NCBI GenBank assembly: GCA_040006915.1
Contig: JBDTWD010000001.1
Span: 162,229-226,228, forward strand
DNA: 64,000 nt
Source of the DNA: Candidatus Woesebacteria bacterium
GTDB taxonomy: Bacteria > Patescibacteriota > Microgenomatia > UBA1400 > UBA12028
Reading direction: 5' to 3'
Shown: one piece after another, positions 29,811 through 38,097 of the stretch
How the letters are laid out: every line of letters starts with the position of its first letter
Numbering within the stretch: the stretch's first letter is position 1
Made by a program: the position numbers and the translations under genes
Notes under the pieces: model-generated
Told to the model about the DNA's origin: nothing
The model's input: only the letters and a program-made list of their open reading frames with translations
Database searches by the model: none

Positions 29811-30074
29811 TTATCTTTGTTCAGTTACGTGTGTAGTCTTCATATCAGCTTTATCGAGTAAGAGCAACGCTTCTCGAAGGTTACGAGATGCCTGTAGCAG
29901 AGCATTCGCATTCCGAATTTTTCCCGTTTCATACTCGTCTTTATTCTGATCGTCCTCCGCAGCGTTATACAATAAAGAATAATGTATATACATCGACAAC
30001 TTTGATCTTTGCCTCGAAGAAGTGCTTTCGTTTTCACTGATTTCCAGCAAAATTTTCTGAACCAATTCAGTCAT
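29811..30074 (-). CDS. atpH: Candidate N-terminal part of ATP synthase delta, in a different frame from the C-terminal fragment
   Basis: 87-aa ORF starting 5 nt after the atpF stop. It ends with TAA 5 nt before the delta C-terminal fragment, which is in the +1 frame. Confidence 0.3.
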   Translation of the reverse strand: MTELVQKILLEISENESTSSRQRSKLSMYIHYSLLYNAAEDDQNKDEYETGKIRNANALLQASRNLREALLLLDKADMKTTHVTEQR

Positions 30075-30078
30075 ATTT

Positions 30079-30564
30079 TTAGATAGCTTTTGCCAATTCC
30101 TTAATAGATGAAGAGATCAAAGCCTTGTGAGTTTTTTCACTAACCTCTTCACCGATCACTTTAGAAGCAATCGCAATGGCCAATTTACTCACTTCTTTTT
30201 CCATCGCTTCCAGCTGTCCTTTTTTCTCACTCTCCCATTTAGCGGTTTCTTTCACTTTAAGTGTAGCAACTTCGTCCTTGGCTTCTTTGGAAAGTTTCGT
30301 TTTGAGCTCTTTGGCTTCGACTCGTGCTTCCTCTAACACTTTATCTGCGCTCTTCTCAGCAGCCAGCTTTTCCTTCTTCTTAAACACGTCAAGTTGCTCT
30401 CGTTCACGTAAGGTCTCTTCAGCAGCTTTCTCTGCTTCTTGAGTCTTTTGACTACGCTCATCCAACATTTTGGTGATGGGCTTGGTCAAAAAGTAGGTTA
30501 AAGCTCCAAAAACCACTCCAAAGTTAATGATCTGGAAGATGATTTGTGCAATATTGATTTCCAT
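30079..30564 (-). CDS. atpF: F0F1 ATP synthase subunit b
   Basis: A single N-terminal TM helix followed by a long charged helix. Confidence 0.75.
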   Translation of the reverse strand: MEINIAQIIFQIINFGVVFGALTYFLTKPITKMLDERSQKTQEAEKAAEETLREREQLDVFKKKEKLAAEKSADKVLEEARVEAKELKTKLSKEAKDEVATLKVKETAKWESEKKGQLEAMEKEVSKLAIAIASKVIGEEVSEKTHKALISSSIKELAKAI

Positions 30565-30569
30565 AGATT

Positions 30570-31657
<1,088 letters not shown>

Positions 31658-31836
31658 AAATAAAATTTAATGTTTTACCTTCGTAGTATACAGTACACAT
31701 CAAGACGCGCAAGACATTGAACATACTAGCTTCCGGATGTTATACTACACAACAACCCTAAGACTTTCCCCTTCTTGTTGTTTCTTATTTGTAGTACTCT
31801 TAACTATAGAGTATCTCTTATATATGGAGGTTACCT

Positions 31837-32310
31837 ATGTCTTACACCGCACGCCTAACTGACAAAAAAGCTCAAGACTTTGCTTCCAAAGTGGGAGATC
31901 TCTTCACTTCTGTTCCTCATCTTCCCAAGAAATGGATTGACTTTTTAGTGAAGATTATGCCAGTTCTCGCTCTCATTGGAGGAGTTCTAGCGCTCTTTGG
32001 AGGGGTCGCAAGTCTTCTAAGTATGAATCCGTTTATGGTCGTAACGGCACTCTTGATGCTGGCGATGGCATATGTGTTACTTATGGCATATAAACCACTA
32101 CAGGATCGCAGATACGATGGATGGATGCTTGTATTCTGGAATCACGTTATTTCTGCTGTATTAACACTTTTTCAGATTCTTTCGAGCCGACAAGGAGTAT
32201 TTGGTCTCGTTTGGACAGCGATTGGCTTTTATCTGCTTTTTGAGCTGCGATCTCGTTATGGATTGAAAGGAATGCTTGAAGGTGCACGCACCAGAATAAA
32301 AGCGCTTTAG
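31837..32310 (+). CDS. Hypothetical membrane protein (about 4 TM)
   Basis: 157-aa hydrophobic ORF with a GGAGG-like SD (tatatggaggttacctATG). Confidence 0.4.
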   Translation: MSYTARLTDKKAQDFASKVGDLFTSVPHLPKKWIDFLVKIMPVLALIGGVLALFGGVASLLSMNPFMVVTALLMLAMAYVLLMAYKPLQDRRYDGWMLVFWNHVISAVLTLFQILSSRQGVFGLVWTAIGFYLLFELRSRYGLKGMLEGARTRIKAL

Positions 32311-32328
32311 TTTTAAAAGAAAGAAACG

Positions 32329-32580
32329 ATGTTAGAATCTGGATGGTTTTCTCCCACCCTACGGGAAATCTCTGCCATGGAACAATTTGAAACCATTATT
32401 TTGGATGCCTCACTTACAGAAGAGAAGCGAGAGCGTCTGTTAGAAAATATGTGGATTAGATTGGAGCTAGCTCATGGCGGCAGAGTCTATAGTATGGTAT
32501 CTCCAGAAGGTTTGGTCATCGACAGTCCCCTCATATATGGAGATGAAAAGGACAAAAACCCTGGGCGCAAAAAAGAGTGA
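32329..32580 (+). CDS. Hypothetical small protein
   Basis: 83-aa ORF; weak support. Confidence 0.25.
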   Translation: MLESGWFSPTLREISAMEQFETIILDASLTEEKRERLLENMWIRLELAHGGRVYSMVSPEGLVIDSPLIYGDEKDKNPGRKKE

Positions 32581-32647
32581 CCTTCTTCATTGGGCATTTC
32601 AAGTCTGACCATAGCATCAAAACCAGTAGAGCTCTATGTTTTTTTGC

Positions 32648-32677
32648 ATTGCTGAGGATTCCTACCAGATGGTATAC
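32648..32677 (+). promoter_or_regulatory. Candidate sigma70-type promoter for the tRNA pair
   Basis: TTGCTG (32648-32653), an 18-nt spacer, then TATACT (32672-32677). tRNA-Lys starts at 32694. Confidence 0.4.
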
Positions 32678-32693
32678 TATATTGTTCCGTTTT

Positions 32694-32766
32694 TGGGACC
32701 GTAGCTCAGTGGTAGAGCAGGAGCCTTTTAAGCTCTGTGTCGTGAGTTCGATCCTCACCGGTCTCA
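32694..32766 (+). tRNA. tRNA-Lys (anticodon UUU)
   Basis: Cloverleaf read by eye: acceptor GGGACCG/CGGUCUC, D-arm GCUC..GAGC, anticodon stem GGAGC/GCUCU with loop CUUUUAA, T-arm GUGAG-UUCGAUC-CUCAC, discriminator A. CCA is not encoded. Confidence 0.85.
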
Positions 32767-32781
32767 CCTGTCGTGCCTAGG

Positions 32782-32854
32782 TGGCCCCATCGTCTAGAGG
32801 CCTAGGACACCTGGTTTTCATCCAGGCAACCCGAGTTCGAATCTCGGTGGGGTC
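32782..32854 (+). tRNA. tRNA-Glu (anticodon UUC)
   Basis: Acceptor GGCCCCA/UGGGGUC, D-loop UCGUCUAGAGGCCUAGGA, anticodon stem CCUGG/CCAGG with loop UUUUCAU, T-arm CCGAG-UUCGAAU-CUCGG. Lies 15 nt after tRNA-Lys. Confidence 0.85.
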
Positions 32855-32954
32855 ACAATAAGACATTCTCTCTGGATGTCGCGCTTATTAGTATAATCAC
32901 TTCTTCGTTATTGAGTTACAATTCCATAACCTGAAATCATATTATTGGAGATTT

Positions 32955-33359
32955 ATGTCAAGCGAAAGATTCACACAGATACGAACCAACAATGAAAATG
33001 AAATTGATAAGAGATGTTTACTAGTCTTCACCTATATTACGGATTCTGGAAATGAGTATTTCTTAACAAGGTTTAGTATCACTAACTGGAGAGGGAGAAC
33101 GCACACTCACTATCTACTGTGTTCAAGTTTAGAAACAAAACTTGATAATTACACTTTTGTTTCCTTTAAACCCAAGAATTTGCAGATTGTAGAAGGGAAT
33201 AATCGTCCCTATATTGTAATTGATGGAAATGAACAGGTTCCTAAAGCTCTTGACCAAGTCTTCACTGAGACTATGAGCAAGGTGAATTTAACAGGCAGAA
33301 TGAAGATTCTAGCAATACAAGAGTTGCTGAAAGGAGACGACGATAACTTAAGGGATTAG
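32955..33359 (+). CDS. Hypothetical protein (134 aa)
   Basis: ORF immediately downstream of the tRNA pair. No motif recognised. Confidence 0.35.
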   Translation: MSSERFTQIRTNNENEIDKRCLLVFTYITDSGNEYFLTRFSITNWRGRTHTHYLLCSSLETKLDNYTFVSFKPKNLQIVEGNNRPYIVIDGNEQVPKALDQVFTETMSKVNLTGRMKILAIQELLKGDDDNLRD

Positions 33360-33503
33360 TATTTCTTATAAACACCTATACTCAGTAGCTAAAGCCGAGT
33401 CGATTGACCTCAGGTAGGAAAGTATTGAAAAGACTGACTAGATCAGAAATAATTAAGTTCGGTTGCGGAATGTCTAGGGTCACAAAAAGAGAATGGAGCG
33501 AAG

Positions 33504-34277
33504 CTAGCTACTTTGTTTGACTAACTCTTCAAAGACTGCAGACGTCTGTGCAGTAAAAAATTCTTTTACTTTTATCCAGGTCTCATCTACAATCTTGGCT
33601 CGTTCTGGTTTTGTCTCTGCATCATCAAAATATACTAAAGACTTAAGGAGATGCGGCACATTGCTTTCGTCTCGATTGTATTTTTTCTTGGTCAACGCAA
33701 TCACCCGTGCAAGTGTCCACTCTTTAAGCTGACAAATCGTATACAAATCAAAGAAGTCTCGTTTTAAACCTCTGCTCCCGATTGCTTCCAACTTCATACA
33801 CGCAAGATCTGCTAGAGAAGCAATTTGAATACTTTTAAAAAGAATCGTCGGCTCAAGTAAGGGATATTGATAGACAAACAAGCTCACCTCTGTATTTTTT
33901 GTTCCCCCGATAACTGTTTGCCACTCTGAAGATATGACTTTAAAATCGGGAATATCTTTTTCGAACCTTTGAAGGATAAGTTGTTCATTAAATTCCTGTG
34001 GACTATACAAGTCCAAGTCAAAAGAACTTCTATGGTTCAGATGCAGCGTCAATGCTGTTCCGCCTGCTAAGTAGGTATTCGGAGGTAATAATGGCCCTAG
34101 TAGGTCCATGAGCTCTTGAGTCCAGTCTGGGATTTTGTCTGTAAACATACAATTTCTGTAGTGGGAATATGTAAATAGCTTGCCCAAATCATAACATCTT
34201 TTTTTCTCAATGTTTTGGTCGTCTTCAAGACAGTTGACATCTCCTCTTTGGAATAGGTTTGGACTAACCATTGCCAC
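33504..34277 (-). CDS. AbiEii/DUF1814-family nucleotidyltransferase (type IV toxin-antitoxin / abortive-infection toxin-like)
   Basis: YLAGGTALTLHLNHRSSFDLDLY is the hallmark hGGTAL...R.S.DhDh motif of AbiEii nucleotidyltransferases. The real start is probably an internal Met (M44 or M56). Confidence 0.6.
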   Translation of the reverse strand: MAMVSPNLFQRGDVNCLEDDQNIEKKRCYDLGKLFTYSHYRNCMFTDKIPDWTQELMDLLGPLLPPNTYLAGGTALTLHLNHRSSFDLDLYSPQEFNEQLILQRFEKDIPDFKVISSEWQTVIGGTKNTEVSLFVYQYPLLEPTILFKSIQIASLADLACMKLEAIGSRGLKRDFFDLYTICQLKEWTLARVIALTKKKYNRDESNVPHLLKSLVYFDDAETKPERAKIVDETWIKVKEFFTAQTSAVFEELVKQSS

Positions 34278-34399
34278 GCTGGCAAAGTGGCATTCCTGAA
34301 TAAAGTGGAGATAATGTATGTTTTGTCTCGCTCAGCGAGTAAGTCTTGGACTGGAGATGAGGGAAATAAGAATTGAAAGTCTTGTGGAGGTGATGACAT
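34097..34399 (-). CDS. Candidate small partner (antitoxin position) upstream of, and overlapping, the AbiEii gene
   Basis: 100-aa ORF in another frame overlapping the long AbiEii ORF. Its position matches that of AbiEi antitoxins, but no wHTH was recognised by eye. Confidence 0.25.
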   Translation of the reverse strand: MSSPPQDFQFLFPSSPVQDLLAERDKTYIISTLFRNATLPAWQWLVQTYSKEEMSTVLKTTKTLRKKDVMIWASYLHIPTTEIVCLQTKSQTGLKSSWTY

Positions 34400-34645
34400 G
34401 TCTCTATTTTACCAAAAAAATGACCAAAAAGCGAAAAGACCTAGTACCCAAATCAGCTAGAAAGACAAGTCCACTCCGAGATTAAATAGCACGTTTATAA
34501 ATATCACACCAAAATTGAAACAATACCTAAGGCCTACAAGCACTTTTAGTTTCACTTAGCTCAGCTTTTGAATTAGAACTGATAACTTCTCAATTTCAAT
34601 GAATAAGAGTTCCACCTGAGAACCAGTGATATAATTATAACTATT

Positions 34646-35473
34646 ATGTCAGTAGAAAGGCCTCAAGTCATTTACACCGCTCATCACGCATCTGACAAAA
34701 TGGGTCGGTTTACACCCAGATCAAATTTGACAGACTTTCAAAGAAGAAAATTTTCTGATTATGACAGTGGAGCCTCTGTTCCAGAGAATGGTATTTTAAC
34801 TTTACGAGGAAGACATAGTAGAGGCTTAATTGACCTCAATCGAGCTCCCGATAGCACAACTCTTTTTCCAGAAGTTGACTTTGAAACACCACAACCTCAT
34901 AAAGTGTGGAAGCATGGACTCGAACCCACACCTGTTGAAAGAGAATGGATAAAGAAGAAATTTTATGACAAATATCATGACCGTATTCTTCAAGGCGTAC
35001 GAAGATTTTCTAGAACTGGAGTGGTGGTTTCGTGGGATAGTTCATCTGGTGGTCATTTAGGTAAAAACGAGGCAGGTTTTGATGTCGATATGCCAGCAAT
35101 TATACTTTCCAATAAAGGCAGTGAAGGTAGTTGCGAGAATTTTAATCCTAATGAAATTACGAGTTGTGATCCGTTGTTCTTAGAAACCATAGTTATTGAA
35201 TTAGGCAAAGCCTTGAGAAAATATAATCTTCCGGATGAGGTGTACATGAACCTTGTATATAAGGGTGGTTACATGGGGGAACACTATAATACACGTCGAC
35301 ATGCCGCTGAATTAGATGTCCCTTACGAGATCCAATCATTTCAAATAGAGTACAGCACTGTCTTAACCCATGATCAAAAAACATTGGCACCCAAGTGGAC
35401 TCAGTTGAGCAAGTTAAAAAGTGCTTTTGAAGAAGCTATGGATAAAACCTATGCGAACTTTGTGAGATATTGA
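34646..35473 (+). CDS. N-formylglutamate amidohydrolase (FGase) family protein
   Basis: Alignable by eye with HutG-type FGases: YTAHHAS (..PHAG..), GLIDLNRAPDS (vs FVIDLNRPSDD), VVSWDSSSGGH (vs LLWDAHSIRSH), SCDP, YKGGYMGEHY (vs FKGGHITRHY), QIEYS (vs QLELAQS). Confidence 0.5.
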   Translation: MSVERPQVIYTAHHASDKMGRFTPRSNLTDFQRRKFSDYDSGASVPENGILTLRGRHSRGLIDLNRAPDSTTLFPEVDFETPQPHKVWKHGLEPTPVEREWIKKKFYDKYHDRILQGVRRFSRTGVVVSWDSSSGGHLGKNEAGFDVDMPAIILSNKGSEGSCENFNPNEITSCDPLFLETIVIELGKALRKYNLPDEVYMNLVYKGGYMGEHYNTRRHAAELDVPYEIQSFQIEYSTVLTHDQKTLAPKWTQLSKLKSAFEEAMDKTYANFVRY

Positions 35474-35482
35474 TCAGCTCAA

Positions 35483-36469
35483 TTGTGTATAATATACACA
35501 ATTATGGAAAGTAAGCGTTCTTTTTGGAACATATTCACTCGAGGTAATAAGTCGGATCTACCAACACCTGTTTCCATACCTGATGCAGCGCCTTCATCTG
35601 CACCACAAATCTCCTGGAGAGAGCTGCATAACCAAGCTCTAATTGAAGCTGAATCACATCCTCAGTCCGATAAATGCGATGACACGAGTATGGCTCGTGC
35701 GAATAAAACTATCCGAATTTTGACTGAATTTAGAGCCGACCTTCCTTCCATTCCGAACGTCCTTATTGTCGGTCTTGGCTATTCAACGAATGACCTTCAA
35801 ATTAGTATAAATGTGCATAGAATAGCCGCTCATTTACAAGAACAACACTTGGATTACAAAATGACATTAGTCGACTATGATCCTAAAATCATCCAGGATG
35901 TTCAAGAAAGAAAATTCTTATATTGTATACAAAAGCTCTATACAGAGGATACAGAGGATGGAATAAACAATGCATGGCAAAAATACTTAGGCGATGCTGA
36001 TGTAAAGGAAGAAGTTGTTCATTCTCATCAGCCTCAACTTACGTTTGCTTCTTATTATTCTGACAACCAAGACGATTTCTATAGTACAGAGAGAATTTTT
36101 AAGAAAGGAATCAGGAAAGCACCCGTAAGTGAAATTTTTCTTCAAAAAATGGCAAAGAACGAAATTATTTTTATCTGCGACGACATCGCCACCGCGGATC
36201 TTGACCAATCAGAGCCACATGATTATGTGGAAATCATCAATTTACTGTATTTATTGCCTGCACCAAAGCAACAGCTTGCACTAAACAATATAATCTCTCA
36301 TCTAAAAGTGGGAGGACTCATTCTTCTTGATGACATCTCCTATTTTGGTATAAATCCGCTTTTTGCCGAGAAAAATGGTTGGTTCACATCCGCCATTGCA
36401 AAGGAGATGGGATTAGAGTTTATACGAGATATGAATCATGAAAGCAGACTATATAAAAAATTTATCTAA
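35483..36469 (+). CDS. Hypothetical protein (328 aa), possible Rossmann-fold/methyltransferase-like core
   Basis: VLIVGLGYSTND and a later HLKVGGLILLDD resemble MTase motifs I and IV. This is weak. Confidence 0.35.
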   Translation: MCIIYTIMESKRSFWNIFTRGNKSDLPTPVSIPDAAPSSAPQISWRELHNQALIEAESHPQSDKCDDTSMARANKTIRILTEFRADLPSIPNVLIVGLGYSTNDLQISINVHRIAAHLQEQHLDYKMTLVDYDPKIIQDVQERKFLYCIQKLYTEDTEDGINNAWQKYLGDADVKEEVVHSHQPQLTFASYYSDNQDDFYSTERIFKKGIRKAPVSEIFLQKMAKNEIIFICDDIATADLDQSEPHDYVEIINLLYLLPAPKQQLALNNIISHLKVGGLILLDDISYFGINPLFAEKNGWFTSAIAKEMGLEFIRDMNHESRLYKKFI

Positions 36470-36490
36470 ATGTCATAAATAGCACTCAAT

Positions 36491-36859
36491 ATGGAAATAC
36501 TTTCTCCGATCATGTCGCAGAGTGAAGTTGACCATTACTTTAGATTTCATTTACCTCCGTCCGTAACTCTTAAGGAATTTGAAAGTGGCAAAAGCTGTCT
36601 GCGTGATGCTCGGTTACTTGTGATGGCTTTGGGTGGCCCTGATGTAGCACGGATTTTCTTTGTTCATCTCTTGGTCAATCAAAATGATCCTCAAGGAGAA
36701 TTTATAGAAGCCCATGCATACGTTGCCGGTATTCACGCAAATGAAGATGAGTTAGCGTATGGAAATGAAGGAAAAGAACATCGCAATGTTGGGTTTGTTC
36801 GCTCCAATGGGAGCGATATAACAGATATGATCTTCTCACTTCCGTGGAATCGACTGTAG
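36491..36859 (+). CDS. Hypothetical protein (122 aa)
   Basis: Clean ORF following the previous gene. Confidence 0.3.
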   Translation: MEILSPIMSQSEVDHYFRFHLPPSVTLKEFESGKSCLRDARLLVMALGGPDVARIFFVHLLVNQNDPQGEFIEAHAYVAGIHANEDELAYGNEGKEHRNVGFVRSNGSDITDMIFSLPWNRL

Positions 36860-36957
36860 ATAAATACATATGAGGCACGCCATGACTCCTATTATGAATA
36901 ACAGATATTTATATAGAAAATAAAGATTACATTGGAATATAATGGAGAATCTTTTAT

Positions 36958-37506
36958 TCAATCTTTTGACTCTCTCTCAAAGTCAACATAACAACTAATG
37001 CCTGGAAAATACCTTACTTGTGCGGTTTTCGTAAACCCTAATTCATTCGCTAGTCTGCCCTCCCAAGTGTTTACAGCAGCATTTTGTAACTCCCCTAGAG
37101 TATAAGTATCTTTTTGCGGAAGGTTTCTCTCAAACTCCGAATAATTATCATTAGGATTTCCTTCTTCCTCAGAGGTCCATGTCGCATGCCATTCTTTAAT
37201 GTCATTATTCATCTTGTCAAAAAGCGTCAGAGATAACTTCACAAGATCAGCTGCAAAAAGATCCGGATGACGCTTTTCTTTATCCCCTTCATACCCTTTG
37301 GTTGTAACTGTTATGTACAGATTTCCTAAGTCATCTGTGGCGCTAAATCTGAAGTTTGTATTTTCCTTATCCGTAATTTCAATGTGGCGTTTGGTAACTG
37401 AGAAAAGTAGCGCTCTTCCAGAGATTAATCCGTGTGTGAATTCCTGTTTTTTTTCACCGGCGGAGATATCAAAGATATGTGGGTCAACTCCTCGAATTTC
37501 GGGCAT
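36958..37506 (-). CDS. Hypothetical protein (182 aa)
   Basis: ORF divergent from the next gene across a 42-nt AT-rich spacer. Confidence 0.35.
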   Translation of the reverse strand: MPEIRGVDPHIFDISAGEKKQEFTHGLISGRALLFSVTKRHIEITDKENTNFRFSATDDLGNLYITVTTKGYEGDKEKRHPDLFAADLVKLSLTLFDKMNNDIKEWHATWTSEEEGNPNDNYSEFERNLPQKDTYTLGELQNAAVNTWEGRLANELGFTKTAQVRYFPGISCYVDFERESKD

Positions 37507-37548
37507 ATTTTTATTCCTCTAGATATAGTACGTTATAATTATATAAAT

Positions 37549-38097
37549 ATGGAAGAGAAACCAAAACCAAGCGAACTTCTCCACGCTAGAGAAATACTTG
37601 AAAAGTATCGCAGGTTGGATATCACCACGATTCAGACGCTTTCAGATACACTACTGTATGTTCCCTCAGTTGGTCGACAGCTCGTCACTATTTTGCGAGA
37701 ATACGGCGAACCGTCCAATATTACCCTTCCATTTAATGCTCCATCAAAACCCACTCGCTTTGGCCCTTTATTCTCTCTTATCAAAGACATTGGAGAAGGC
37801 ACAGTCAGTCTTTCTGGACGGTATGAAGGTGTACACATGAAAAAGTGGGACAAAAAGAAAACTCGTGAACCAAAAAGATTAGAATCTTTTTCTCTCGGTG
37901 ATCTTGTTCCAAATATTGATATTGATATTCCAACACTGGCACCATTTGTTCTAAATGCAATCGTCAATCGAGGTTCTTTTGAACCCGTATATCCTGTGAA
38001 TTTTCCAGATGTTCCATCAGTTCAGCAGCACTATGCTTTTCTGTTGCAAGAAATTATTTCTGATCTTGTAGAGTCGCTTCCTGGAGATTTAAAATGA
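37549..38097 (+). CDS. Hypothetical protein (182 aa)
   Basis: Start moved to ATG 37549 (MEEKPKPSELL...), which removes the overlap with the divergent gene. The longer ORF-track start would overlap by 75 nt. Confidence 0.35.
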   Translation: MEEKPKPSELLHAREILEKYRRLDITTIQTLSDTLLYVPSVGRQLVTILREYGEPSNITLPFNAPSKPTRFGPLFSLIKDIGEGTVSLSGRYEGVHMKKWDKKKTREPKRLESFSLGDLVPNIDIDIPTLAPFVLNAIVNRGSFEPVYPVNFPDVPSVQQHYAFLLQEIISDLVESLPGDLK

